In this document: one piece after another, positions 47,613 to 61,093 of the stretch
How positions within the stretch are numbered: position 1 is the stretch's first letter
How the letters are laid out: every line of letters starts with the position of its first letter
Assembly: GCF_018350175.1 (NCBI RefSeq)
Contig: NC_058368.1
Coordinates: forward strand, 193,442,001-193,506,000
Direction of reading: 5' to 3'
Source: Felis catus
Taxonomy: Eukaryota
Length of the DNA: 64,000 nt
The notes under the pieces: generated by a model
The model's database searches: none
What the model saw: only the letters and a program-made list of their open reading frames with translations
What the model was told of the DNA's origin: nothing
Made by a program: the position numbers and the translations under genes

Positions 47613-50495
47613 CTGAAGGGGTTTATGAAACGAAACTGAACATGCAAGATTTTCCAAGTTGCTATTACTAAGGTTTACTGAAGCGTTTGCTCTTTTAGTT
47701 GGCCATTTTGCTTTCCTCACACACTTTTTTCAGCTTGAATTTCTAAGGACTACCCCCCTCCCAGGATCTGCCAATAGATCCAGACTACTTCACAGCCCCT
47801 TCTCCCTGGAGGAGCATTTATCAGTCAGTCTTTCAGCTAAACCTTCACTTGACAACACATACTAAAGTCAGGTAACCACTGTTCTCCAAGACAGGCTGGC
47901 CTGCTAATTATACCCCTTGGAATTTAAGCTTAGGAGTAAAGTTAGGAGTAGTGGTACAGAAAAGGAGAAGTGAGTGTCTTCTCCCAGCTTGCTTTGAGAC
48001 ATGATAAACATTTCAAGGTTGGTGACTGTCCAAGGTAAGCACCAGGGAAGTCCCCAAACCTTCAGAGGACTCCCTGTCACAAATCAAGGGTAGAAATACC
48101 TTGACCTGGGGCAAAGGGTCCTTGGTAAGCCCCTACACTATAGAATTTGACAGACTTTGATTCTATTCCTAGGTCTGCATGGGTGACCCTGGTACGTCCT
48201 TCTTCAGTGAGCTTCAGAGAGCTACTCGGTTCTAAATAGGTATTATAATAGCCCAGATCTGAAGACTGTTGTAGGCATTAAGTGAGATTATGCACAGGAT
48301 GTGTTTAGCAGAGTATCTAGCACTTGTATGGCAGCTGTTTTGACTGTTGCCACTTTCTAGCCAAATATCTTCTGCCTCTTTTTTGCCTGTGTACATTCAG
48401 TGTTTCTCCCTAGAATGGCCTTTCGCATCAGTATTGCCAAGATTAGAAATCCAACCATCCTTCAAGGATCAGCTCAAATGCTCCCTCTCCAACACAGCCT
48501 TCTCTGCTACCCCCTCCCCAAACTCATGAGCATCTTGCACCTTGAGCACTGATTGGTACTGTTCTGACCTTCTCATGTCATGCTGTACTTTTTCTTTGAG
48601 TCAGCAATTCAACCCCTCGAGATACTTGAGGGGAGGTGTCATTGCCCTATACTATTTATTCATTTCCACCAAGCTCTGATCTTCTCCAACTGTCACACTC
48701 ATCACATCTTATTGTGATTTAATATCTATCTCCCCAGGAGAGAATGGAGTTGTATCCCCAGTGCTTAGCAAATGGCAGGCATCCAGTGGACACTGGTTGA
48801 AGGAAGGAATGAGTGAAAGGTTCTGTCAATATTTTTCTGTCTCCCACAGTGCCCAACACATACTAGATCCCTAATATTTGTCTAAAGACAAACTCATTAT
48901 GTGCAATGGGGGGATTCACAGACTCAAATGTCTTTGGGCACCAAGTGGGTAGCCAGAATGAGTGAAAAGGCCTAAGAATTACATAATATGAAAAACATTG
49001 AACAATAGCTAACTACAAGAGGAACATATTCCTTTTCTAGAAGAACTCACATGCAATTTTTTAAAAAACACTGCTTGTCAAGCAAAAACACATTTATGGG
49101 ACAAATTGTTCCTGCCGTCTACTCTTCTATGACCTTTGTGCTAGGAACTGAGTGAGGTTCCCGACCCACAATGCTTAGAAACTTATATTAAATAGAGACA
49201 GTATATATTTGTCATGGATGGGGGAGCATGTGTGTGGGGTATCCCTTCTGTTCTTTTGGGGCCTCATCTGACCTTTATGAAAGCCTCTCCTGGCATCCAC
49301 AAGAATCTTCAACTATATTCCTGCTTAAAACTCCTTTTATGTAAATTCTCAGATAAATAGCAAGTTATAACTTTTCCACATTCATTTATAAGTGGTCAGT
49401 AAATAATTATTATATGAGTCCTTTCTGGGTAATTTATCAGTTCAAAGTAGCAATCCCTTCAACCAAATGGAGAGGTAGTAACAGGGAGGATTATAGCCTG
49501 GAGAATAGGTAAATTTCATTACAGGAGAAAATCTTAGACAGTAGGAAGCCTTCATGGTGTACATATGTCCACTCACATCACATAGCACTTCCAAATAAGC
49601 TTTCTCTTCTTGTAGTGAGAGAGATCGGGGCTCAATAGTCTCCAAGACTCTCTGAGAGTGGTGGATAAACAGGTCAATGCATCTAGCAGCAGATTTTGCA
49701 GAGGAGATTAGTAAAGGTAGAAATATTAGAAATGGATTCATTTTTTACAATTAGGTTTCTGGTGAGAGGCTGCCATTTTTTCTTGTTGCAGCCCCTCCAA
49801 ATCTGTTGTGAGCCAATGTACAAGTATGGGTCCAGCATGTGTAAAGGAGCACTCTATGTTCAGAAGCAGCAACCCCAGTTCTCTTCCCTAGAACCATCTG
49901 ATAGGAGGACCCCCAAGCCTGTGGCCCATACAGGAGGGCAGACATGCCAGGAGAAATGGACCAGAAGGAGAACAGGCAGATCCTGCCCTCACTCCCACTC
50001 CACTCCACAGGAGGCCCTGGTAGGACACATAACCCCGTGATTCCTGCCAAAGAACAGGCAAAGAGAATCGGGGACCTAGCTCTATCATTACGAGTATATA
50101 AACCACTCCCTTTTCTGAGACCTAATTGTTTATCTGTGTTAAATATGGGGCAGGGCAGGGTAGGGAGGGTTGGATTTGATTAACTCTAAGGGTTCTTTTA
50201 GTTCTGACCCTTCACAACTCAATGTTTTCTAGCTAGGCTATTGTTTATGGGGTATAAGTAGCAGGGGATAGATGACCTTAGGACTTTTGAGATACCTCAG
50301 GAGAAATCTAGAAACTCATTTTGGTTCTCAGCGAAACTGTTCATTTGGTCTTTAACTGGCACTACCACGAATATTTTAATTTCCTCAATAGAAGTGCATA
50401 ATGATCTTCTACTCTCTTCTGACCATTAAACTTTGTCTTTTCTCCTGGTAGCCATCACTCTCCAATACTCACACATACACAGGTGCACACATGTG

Positions 50496-50497
<2 letters not shown>

Positions 50498-50541
<44 letters not shown>
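50498..50541. repeat. (CA)n microsatellite
   Basis: Read directly. Confidence 0.97.
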
Positions 50542-50542
<1 letters not shown>

Positions 50543-50734
50543 ATGTCAATTCTTGCCTCCATGTCAACCCTGGTTACCCTCAATTTGGAATGCCCTGAAC
50601 ACTGCGAGCCAGATACTACTCATCCTGCAAACACTGGAAACTTTTCTCTGACTGCCCCCATCTACCACAGTCTCCCTCTCCTCTGAATTCCTATCAGACT
50701 CACATGGTTTGTAGCCAAGTTCTTACACGGCTCT

Positions 50735-51250
50735 GTTCAACCTACCATGGCCTCTCAGGCCCTCTAGCACCTGGCCTTGTTTGCCTCAATGACACTGTTG
50801 CCTACTACTCTTCCCTCCTTGTGCTCAGTTTGTTTTAGTCATGTGGGTCTTCTTTCTAGTCTTCAAATGCTCCTTCCTGTTGGTGCCCCATAGCCATGCA
50901 CTTGCTACCCTCAGTTCCCAAATCTTGGCATGATTAACAACTTGTCATTACAGATCCTTAAGTCAAATTTTACCACCTCGCTCCCTGACTGCCCTTCCTA
51001 AATGGTCAACTTTCCTCTCCTCTAACACTCTATTCTATTCCTTTTAACGTTTGTCTCCTAGTACTTAATCACTATCTGAGTTTTATTATTAATGGGTTTA
51101 TCTACCATTCATTTTTCTTCTGACTCAACCCCAAGAGACTATAAACATTAGGAGAACAGAGGGCTGCCTTGATCATCTCTCTGTTCCTCATTTCTAGAAC
51201 AGTCCTCAGCATATTGCAGGTGAACATTTTCTAAATAAATGATTGAATGC
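50735..51250 (+). mobile_element. L2 3' end
   Basis: CCTACCATGGCCT...AGGCCCT; CTCCCTGACTGCCC; TCTAGAACAGTCC...AATAAATGATTGAATG. Confidence 0.7.
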
Positions 51251-51740
51251 CCTCAATCACTCATGTGTTTATGAATTAGATGCCTAGAAAGATTGTAGCT
51301 TTCTCAAGAGCAGGGCCTTATCTACATTTAGGTGGGAGCATATAAATACATATGAATCATTTCAAGTGAGAAAATTTGATAACTACTAGTCTAGGACTAT
51401 CTCAAGGCTAAATTATTCAAGAAATCACAAATGGGCCAAGGAAGAAAAATATGAAGCAATCAGACTAGTGACTTTAGCAGAAAGTTTGCCAGACAAAGGA
51501 TTCAAGGTTAGTAATCAGCAAGTGGCCATGAGAAAACTATTCAGCTTTGCAGGTTTCAGTTTCTTGTAAAATGGATATAGTAATAAGTGCAGTGAAACTT
51601 AACAGGATAAAGAGTGGGAAAATCCTATACAAGTTGCTATAAGATGGAGTGAGTGGTTACAGGTCCATTAATCATCTGTCTTGTGGGCAAATAGATTGGT
51701 GATTGTGCCTCATTAGGCCATGCTATTAAAGCCCGCTTGT

Positions 51741-51844
51741 GGGGGCGCCTGGATGGCTCAGATGGTTAAGCTTCCAACTTTGGTTCAGGTCGTGATCTTG
51801 CAGTTTGTGGGTTCAAGCCTGCGTCAGGCTCTGAGCTGACAGCT
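51741..51844 (+). mobile_element. 3'-truncated CAN-SINE (head only)
   Basis: GGGGGCGCCTGGATGGCTCAG...GGCTCTGAGCTGACAGCT then unrelated sequence; no CT tract, tail or TSD. Confidence 0.9.
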
Positions 51845-53209
51845 AGGATGGGGCAGATGGAAGAGGACCCGCAACACTGTTGGCATCCCACCTGAGCACT
51901 CACAAATCAAAGTCAGACATGGTCAAACATTCCAGAGATTGCACGGAGCTCCTTTGCTCCCCCCACTGCAGGCAGGCAGATGGTTGGGCCATAGGGTGCT
52001 AGACAGGAACCCTGAAGAAAGGTAAATGGATTCCTACTCCTCTCTGGCTTAAGTCCTAGCCTTAAGCAGGTGCTTAACAGCTCTGGGTGTATCACCTTTT
52101 AAGAGAATCCCTAGGACAGCAACTTCCCCTGGCTGCCAGTGAGGAAACCTATGGGAAGTTATTCAGACAGGGAGAGAGCTGGTTAGATTCTAGAGATACA
52201 GAACAAACTCTCTGGGGTTTCATTCCTATGAGTGCATCAGTTCTCAGGAATAAAAGAATGCCCCTTGTTTTACAAAAGGGAGAAACAGAGGTAAGGGGAG
52301 ACATGAACTTGGTAACAGGCACACATCAAGATTGAGAACTGGGCCCTGAGCTTGAATTCAGGTCTTTGGACTCTCAGTGTTAAAATTATTTTTACCACCA
52401 TGTGCTCCCTCTCTGACTCACATCATAAGGCACATACTTCTGCCCCATCAGTTAGCTGTCTGAAAGGAGTCCCATTGTCATGGGTGGGACCAAGCAAGAG
52501 CACAGACATCCTGAATTAATAATGGGTTAGGTTAAATATTCACTAGACTATAAGCTCTCAAGGCCCCCAGATCATTGTTTTGTTTTGTGAAATGAAGCCA
52601 TATATCCCAAAGGTTAAGAGACAAAACTTTGATTTCAGACCAACCTGGACTCAAGTCTCAGTCCTACTAGTTAAGATTTACGTTAATTTGGATAAGTGAC
52701 TCATCATCTCTGAACATTAGCTACTAAATACAATCACTATCTTTATATCAGCAACTCGAAGCAAAGCATAACATCTCAATAATTAGTAGGTGCTCAATAA
52801 ACACTCATTATAATGAGTTGCCCATCACTACCTTTCTGGCTACCCTTCTGATTTGCCACTGTCCTGTAACCCTTATCTCTATTTCGGTAGATCTAGTTGA
52901 TTCGACCTGGTTCTGTGGGCAGAGTTTTCCAGGAGGCAAAAGGAATGTATTTCATCCATCAGCATCTCTCTCTTTATGTTTATTGCACACCAGGTGAGTC
53001 AATTCTATATTGTGTTGACATGTCAGGTGTGCTGTCCAATCTACGGTGAAGATGAATCTGGAACATTTAAAATAATCTCTCTTCTCTTCAGACCAGGGAA
53101 GTGAGGTTTTGTCAATGGATTTCTTATCCCCCAAAGGCTCTATTCCTCTCCCCTTTTTAATACTGAAATCAGAGAGGTTTATTGACCACATGCAGTCCTT
53201 CTTTTTCAA

Positions 53210-53740
53210 CAAATAATCAGTGGGCACCCCCTGTTAATAGACCTGGGGGGTTCTAATGGTAGAAATACAGTTGTGAGGGAGACAGACATGGTTCATAACT
53301 TAATTGAGCTTACTATGTGGTAGAGAAAGATGAGGAGCAAGCAATTACATAAGCAGTGGTCTGATTTCCATGGTAAGTGCTTCTAAGGAAAAGCGTAAGA
53401 TGCTTATGGACTAACGTGAAGAACCTAGCCTGGGTAGGGAGTCAGAGAAGGGCTCCCTGAAGAAATGGCACTGATGCAGAGCTGGAGGGATGAAGAGGGG
53501 TTCGCAAGGTGAAGAGGGGAGGTGGAGGTAAGTGCTCTGAACAGACAGACCCACCATGTGGGGCCCTGAGGTGGGAGGAGCTCTGCAGGGCTGAGGTGGG
53601 GAGAGGGCAGTGGTGCGAGGCTACCATGGTGGGTGGGGCATGCAGGCCCTGTTAAAGGGTTGGATGCTTGCAAGAGGAGGCCCTCAGAGGGCTCCAGGGA
53701 GAGGAAGTGACATGATCAGGGACTTTAGAGATTAAAGGTT
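53210..53740 (-). mobile_element. L2 LINE fragment
   Basis: TTCAACAAATAA...; GGGAGTCAGAGAAGGGCTCCCTGAAGAAATGGCA; GTGACATGATCAG. Confidence 0.7.
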
Positions 53741-55639
53741 CTGCTCCCATTCATATTTCACAGACTAAAAAAAAAAAAGTAGCACTCAGAAAACCAGGAA
53801 AGGGCTTTCTCGAGGTCAAGCTAGTAAGTGGCAACAAAAGATAGGAACTAGATCTCCCATTTCCAAGTCCAGTACTCCTCTTGATATCCCACACAGCCTC
53901 CCTCTGCTCTAAGTTTCCTTGAAATGGTGAAGGCTTTGATTTGCCCAAGACAGGTAAGCTCTCATGACCTGCGTGTGGGAGACCATCTCCTGAGAAACCT
54001 CCCCACAGCTGCCTATTGGCACCCACTGGGCCTCAGGGGGTTTGCAAATATACTGCAGTGTGTCCCAGGGCTCTGAGGATGACCAGCCAGCAAGCTAAGT
54101 CATTCCACGGTGTTTAGGGATTGGCCTCCAGTGTGGTTCCAGATTTCTGTTCCCCACAGTTGGCTAGGGAAAGACAGCTTTCCTGTTTCTGGGAAAAGAA
54201 AAAAACAGGAGACCATGGGCTTTTAGCATCCTACCCATGCCGAGTTAGACCCAAGACAGAAAAGCGCGCAAGTAGAGTTTTAGTAATGGCTTAGAGTGAA
54301 GACGGTTTGTCTTTCTCCCAGAGAGAGGCAGAGTCTCCAACTCCTCCTGGGAGATCCCTTTCTTCAAGGTGGGCCCTGCTGGCTTCTGCTCAAAATAGCT
54401 CCTCCACTGGCAGAGGAGAGGGAGAAACACCTCCCACCGCCCCACCCCTGCCCTCACAAACACCTGCTTTCACAAGCCAGCATTCCCACCAGGCTCCTGC
54501 CTGGCAAGTCCTCTCATCCCCAAGGGTCTGCTAGGCTTTCCTCTAAGCCCTATAGATACAAATGCACCACACGTGCCTCGTTAGGTGATTCTGTTCCCCT
54601 TTGGCCTCAGCATGGGCTCACCAGACACATTATCCCAGCAGCAGAGTGACGGGGGCGCTTTCCACCCTCACAGCCCCATGCCTCCTACTCTTTCTCAGGC
54701 AAATCAGAAAACAGGCCAATTTTCAAAGCTCCCTCCTGCACATGGTGATTTTGGCTATCCAACAAAGTTCGGGAAAGCTTTTTCAAAAGAACAAAAGCTG
54801 TTCAAAATTCAACACATTGTTATTCAGAAGAAAAAAATAAAGGTTCTGTTCATCAAGCCCAGACCACCTTCCCCCACCATCCTCCTCATTTATGGAAACC
54901 TTGTGTGTCGCTAGATTCTCAAGCCCCCTGCGAAGGCTTGCCTGAGCTCCTCAGTCCCTAAGAATTTCCCTTTCTTTTAACTCCATAAATACTTTTCTGG
55001 GCCAAGCCCTAGCACCTTTAGAGCCTCAGCCTCCTCATTTGTAAAAGGAGTTATACCACCTACCTCATAGGCACTTCAGAGACACAGAATGTAAAGAACC
55101 TGGGGCCATCATGAGCACTTGAGTTGGCATTCAGGTAAAAGGTGTCCTAGTCACCTACTCTTCAGAATTCCTACTTTATGGGGTGAATTCTGTCTCTGCA
55201 GCTCCACCTAGGCAGGATTTCTTTTGGGTCAGCCATCTGTCCTCAGAGAAGATGGCTAGGGACTCCTGGTCTGACTGCCAAGACAAAGCGGTAGGAAAGA
55301 AAGCCTTAATTGGTTTGCCCTGCCAATGCCTCATCTTAATTTCATCTCCACTCTCCATGAAGGGCAAGTCCCCACTTAACACCTGGAGAAACATGGGAGG
55401 GACTAGAAGGAACCAAGTTTCCCATTTCCTGGGCAACAGAAATGTGCAGGCATGGCTGGAGGTCGGGATGAAGGGAGTTCACATATCGTTTGGACACAGC
55501 AAACAATTTGCAATAAGAAAGCCCGGGTTCTAGGCTCATCTTTGCCTGGGATTTGTTGCACAATCCCTGGCAAGTCATTTTCCTTCTCTGGCCCTTTGTT
55601 TGCCCAAAGGATGAAGGCGTGGATAAAATCAAAGGTGAC

Positions 55640-55995
55640 ATAAAATTTGGTGTATTTTGTTCAGCTGGCAAAACGTTTCAAAAAATTTGAATCACTTACC
55701 AATATTAAACACTTGAGTACTTTCAAATAAAAATTCAGGTTTTCAGCTTCCCTTGAAAAATCCCGAGGTTCGGCATTCACGGGTGGCCACAGGAGGCCGG
55801 AGGCCAGTGGTAGCTGCCCCCATTTGGTTGGGATATGTATTCTTCAGTTCCCATGATCCTCACATCACTCTCTCAGGCTCCTCAACATAGAGGCTGTCTT
55901 GTGTGTCTGCCATTTATCATTACTCTTATTTTTGTGGGGTCACTCCATCACATTATTAGTCCAGCCCCAATGGGCATTTGGATTTGGGGCCCCTG
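55640..55995 (-). mobile_element. MER102-like hAT-Charlie element
   Basis: ATAAAAATTCAGGTTTTCAGCTTCCCTTGAAAAATC; GTAGCTGCCCC; GGCATTTGGATTTGGGGCCCCTG. Confidence 0.6.
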
Positions 55996-57259
55996 ACCTG
56001 AGGATCTTGGTTTAGCTTCTTGGTGTTTCCTGTTCTGGAAATAGTCTGTAGAGTCAATGCCTGCAATCAAATATCAGCACTATATCCATACTTGTGTTGT
56101 ATGACCTTGAGCAAGCACCTTCAGTTCATGAGCTAATGAGGGAAAAAACAGTCCTCACTGCATAAAGGTATGGCAAGGATTAAGTCACACAATTTTTAAA
56201 AACACTTAGGCTAGGATATGGAAGATTCTAGGAAGGGTTTAGTAAATGCTAATAATGGTTGTTAGTAACATCCGAATTTTAAAACATCACGAAGCTGACT
56301 TTTCACACGTCCAGGCTTGTCAGGTCCAATGTGTGTCCAACTACACAAGCCCCAGCATCCAATGTTCCTCTTTGAAAGATTTCACAGAACATTGTCAGAG
56401 ATCACCTCATGGATCCCTTGCAGCTCCAAAGTTCTATGACCTTCACCACGGGTCTCAAGGCAAATGCACAGAGGGGCCAGGCAAGTGTCATGAATAAGGG
56501 AGGTAGGCTAAGCTGGGAAGCCTGTGTATCCTTCAAAACACAGTCACATTTAGTGTTTTTAAAGCACTGCTTGCCCACTGCAGGCCAGCCTAAGCTCTTA
56601 GGCCATTTCAACCCCAATGGATCTTCTAGGATGAGGCAGCTACAGAGGGAGATTGGGGGTATGGGTGTCTTGGAAAGGTCACAGGGAGAGATGGTACTTA
56701 GGAAAAGCCAGGCAGTTCAGGGAGTTTTATCGGACCCAAACTCTGGATCCATTCCTTGTTATGCCAAAAGTTCATTGTCCTCTCTTAAAATCCCTTCACC
56801 TCTTCTCAAGAAACTTCTGTCTCAGCTTTCTGAGAGCCATGGCCTCATTTAAAATGTTGTGAAAGAAGGTGATGGAAGCATCGGGTTTCTAGGCTGGTGA
56901 ATGTTTTATTTTTATTTCTTCGTTGACATGGTTTAACCTTTGCTTTCGGCAGCTAACGTATTGCTCAAATAGAGTGAAAAGAGGGGCTAGGGCGAGGAAC
57001 CACAAGGGCTCTCGGGAATGACTTTGCTGACGGGAAAACATGCTTTCAGCCGTTCTTCTCACCACAATCTTTTAGATTCAGTTCTGCAAGTCTGCATTCT
57101 ACTATTCCCTAACACACATGAGGGGATGCCAAGGCCAGAAGAGAATGACATACCTCGCACCTACCCGGCAATTCAGCTCAGGGCAGAAGTAGGAGGCCAA
57201 GATAGGCAATGTCAAGACACGGATTCTCATCAGTTTTTGAAGAGAGAATCTCCAAGATG

Positions 57260-57480
57260 GACTTCTAGTCTGGACCTTGCCCCGTACTTACTACGTGACC
57301 CCCGGCATACTGTCAGACTACCAGAGTTTCAGTCTCCAGGACAGGGAAGTGTAGATAATACAGTACTTCCTTACAGGGGTGTTCAGAATATAAAATGAGA
57401 TTGCGTATCTCAAGTGCCTGCAATGTATAGACTGGCCAATACATGGGAATATTTACTACTATTACAACTGTAACTACTAC
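57260..57480 (+). mobile_element. MIR SINE
   Basis: CTTACTACGTGACC...TTTCAGTCTCC...GATAATACAGTACTTCCTTACAGGGGTGTT...AAATGAGAT. Confidence 0.65.
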
Positions 57481-58879
57481 TGCCTCTACCCAGTAATTTT
57501 CTGCCAACCGGTCCTCCGTCTTTTACTTACATATACCCCTAGTGATGGAGAGTTCAGGACCTGTTGAGGCAGTCCATTCTTTCGCTGAATATAACAATTT
57601 TCTTCCTTGGGTAGAAACAAAATATGTCTCTGAGGTCTGCAACATCTTCCTTAAGTTACACCTTAAAGTCATCAGGCTGTCCTGAGAATCTGCTCTGTGC
57701 CCCAAACTGTGTAAGGTTTGGTTGGGGAGATAGAGAAAGAAAAAGACACGGTCCTAGCCTGGGGCTCAGAGTTGGACTTTAGAGGTATGATGAATACATA
57801 GAAAGCAGCCACCTTGGTTTGCTGGGCCACAAAGGATTCCTTGAGGGAGGAGGGGCCCAGGCAGGACCACGGTCTATGAGGACCCATGTGATCTGCTCCT
57901 TCCTGCTCCAACTATGTGGGCTTCCTTTCCGTTTCTTGAATCTTCCCGACTTGGACCCGCCTGAAAGCCTTTGCGCTTACAGTCCCCTCTGCCTAGAATG
58001 TTCTTCCCTGTTTTTAGCCCAGGACTGATTCTTGTTCACCATCCTCTGCTCGACCCTCTCTGAGCATCCTAACTGAAGGATCCATCCCAGTCCAGCCCAG
58101 CATCTCCATCACATCACTCAGTTTTATTTTCTTCTTGCCTTTTAATATGATCTGATACGAGCAGTTACCTGTTGATTTGCCTATTGCATGTCTCTCTGCA
58201 ACCCAAATAAGAGCACAGATTCTGTCTGCTCACCAATGCATTCTCACCCCCCCACCCCCACCCGGCATAGTATATGGCCCATCATGGGTGCTCAATACCT
58301 ATTTGCCGAATATTTCTTGAAAGATGTGAGAGACTAGACCGAGTCCCTTCCAAGTCCAGACATATCTTCCCATCTCCATCTCCCATCACAAAGCCTTTCC
58401 CTCCCAGGGGGATGGCTCCTCACCAGAGAGGGTGCCCCTCAGAGGCACAGGGAGATGGAGTATCCCTGTCTGGATGTCAACACCACTGGGTTCGACCGCC
58501 AAGCAAATTGCTTTTGATTCCATGTGGCACCTGGAAGCCAAATAGATTGTAACAGCACAGCGGAAACTGTCCGCTGCCCGGTAATGAATTAGTTGTTAGC
58601 AGAGGGAGCAACACGCTCAATCCCATTTGCGATCCGCAGGGCTCACAGCTGCTTCTCATTTTCATAATGCAAGGGTAGGAGAAACAAAGGAAAGATGAAC
58701 CCCTGCAGGGGGAGACACCAAGGTGGAGGCAGCCCAGGCCATGAGGAGGCAGGCTCTGCCGCGGTCTGCTTAAGGCTGGGAGGGTGAGCTGGGGCATGGC
58801 AAAGAAGTCATCCGCCATCCATAGACTTGTTTAAAATTCACCAAAAATTTTTCAACGTCTCTCACAAAGCAGTGTCTCC

Positions 58880-59335
58880 TAGTGATTAAATGCAGGTGAG
58901 TCAGGCAAGGCTAAGTTCCAACCCTGACTTACTAGCATTAGCTGTGGGACCTTACGTGAGCTATCTAACCTCTCTGTGCCAGGGTTTCTTCACCGATACG
59001 ATGAACGTAATGGCAGTAGCCATCTTCCGGGGCTGCTGTAAAAATGGACTGACACAGCACAGAAGACAATCCACAGAGCCAAGCACAGCACACGTGCTGT
59101 CATGCTGTTGCTGTGACAATTAGTATTGCCATTAGTATTACTCATACCACCTCGGCTTCACAACATCCCCGTAGGGTGGGCAGAGCAGAGGTTACTATCC
59201 CATTCAAAAATTAAGGAACTGGAAACTGAGGCTCAGAAAGGGGCAGCGAGTTACCCAAGGTAATCCAGCAGAGGGCCTGAAGGGTGTTCGTCTCAAGGCG
59301 TGAACGCCAGAAAACTGCTCTTTCCAAGCTCTGCT
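58880..59335. mobile_element. Two MIRs tail-to-tail (plus ~58880-59120, minus ~59135-59335)
   Basis: TAGCTGTGGGACCTT...AACCTCTCTGTGCC; GGAAACTGAGGCTCAGAAAGGG...TTACCCAAGGT. Confidence 0.7.
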
Positions 59336-60503
59336 CTGCTCCAAGCAAAGCAGAAGCTTCAGGAGTTTGAATAGGCTTTGCTCAAAGCCTCAGGATATCC
59401 CGTTACCCCCAAGACCAGGCTCATGTCACGAACAATCCTCAGAGCTGGTGAATGTCACTGAGTTTTTCTCTGGGACCCCCAGCAGGCCATCCCCTAGCGC
59501 ATGCGGCCCTGACTTTTGGCGTCTGGGTATTCGTATGTGTTTTTCCTCAACTGCTTGTCAAAAGCAGCTCCAGAAGAGTTTCTGATGCTTGTCACAACGG
59601 CCTTGATGAGATGAGGTCAACTCCTACTTTCCCAGGGCTGATACTGTTTTAAGTTTCAACTCTCCTTTTGAGAAAGTATTTGAAACAAGGTGAGGTAGCT
59701 CACTGGGCTCAGGTAGCTCACCAGTTGACAGGCACCCTAGAGGCCTGGCCTCTGAGGATACACTGAGTTCTGGGCCAAAGATCAGAACCTAAGTCCCTGA
59801 GGGAGGAGCCCACGAGTCTGATGTCTACTGGTAGCTCTGCTCTGAAAGATGATCATTTGTTAGCTTAAGTCCTACTCTCCTGGCGCCTCCATGAGACTGG
59901 TGTTCTGGAACGATGTTTCCCGAAGGGACAGCCCTGTCCTATGATACAAGATGGTAATTCACCCCTGGACTGCAAGCACAGATGCCTCTTTCTGTGAAGC
60001 AGAAATGACTGGAATGAAGACAACTCAGTCAAAACAAGCAATGATTCCCATTAACGCAAAATAGGCAAACATAACCCTAATGAAAAACTTTGCCATAATT
60101 GTTTCTGTTGGCAGACAGTAGACCATACTCCATGGTTCTGGTCAGGACACTACTGATCAGGTTCTTGAGGTGGGGGAGACTCAATCTTTTTTGCACATCT
60201 GCTTTGGCGGGCCAACCTACACAAGGTCACATAGCCGCGAAGTGGAGGGGGGGACTCAAACCAGGTGGGGGCAGTGGGGTAAATGACAGGCGATTGAGAG
60301 ACTGGCCAGGGGCAAGAGAGATGGGACCTGCAGATGGATGGAGTAGAGGGAATTGCCTTATTTTCTGGATGGATGTGGTGTCTTTACTGTGATAGGAGAT
60401 GCTGGAGGAGGGCCAGCCTTGGAAAATAGCCAGAAAGACTGCAGCCAGCAGTCAGGAATTGCAGCAATGAACTGTTGCCGAAAAGAGAAGGAAACATTTA
60501 GTC

Positions 60504-60690
60504 CAGTGGTCCTCAAAATGTGGTGCCTAGACAGTAGCATTAGCATCATTCTGAAGTTGTTGGAAATGTAGATTCTGGGACCACCCCAGACCCATTACAT
60601 CAGAAACTCTGAAGTTGAGCCCAGCAAAGCTGTGGGTTTGAACAAGTCCTCTAGGTGGGTCTGATGCACTTGATGCTTTGAGAAGCTCAG
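60504..60690 (+). mobile_element. MER5A
   Basis: CAGTGGTCCTCAAAATGTGGT...ATCAGAAACTCTG...TCTGATGCAC...TTTGAGAA; TTTAGTC on both flanks. Confidence 0.85.
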
Positions 60691-60845
60691 TTTAGTCCTC
60701 TGAGCCCGTGCCCCAGAAGTGAGGGCTAGGATATTGAGGCCGCAGGTGTTCAGAGGCAGGCAAGGAAGAAGTCACCAGTTTAAAGTTGGAAGAGATTTAC
60801 CCTTTATACACGAGCGGGTACAGGACATGGTTTAAAGTTAGAAAA

Positions 60846-61093
60846 AGGAGCACCTGGGTGGTTCAGTCCATTGAGTGTCTGACTCTTGGCTTTGGCTCAG
60901 ATCATAAAATCACAGTTTGTGGGTTCGAGCCTGGCACCAGGCTCCATGCTGATGGCTTAGAGCTTGCTTGGGATTCTCTGTCTCCCTCTCACACCTCCCC
61001 CGCTCATGCTCTCTCGCTCGCTCTCAAAATAAATAAATAAACCTAAAAAAAAAAAAGCCTGATGACATTTTAAATAAATACATAGATAGATAA
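60846..61093 (+). mobile_element. CAN-SINE with bipartite tail
   Basis: GCACCTGGGTGGTTCAGTC head; TSD TAAAGTTAGAAA at 60833 and 61094. Confidence 0.93.
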
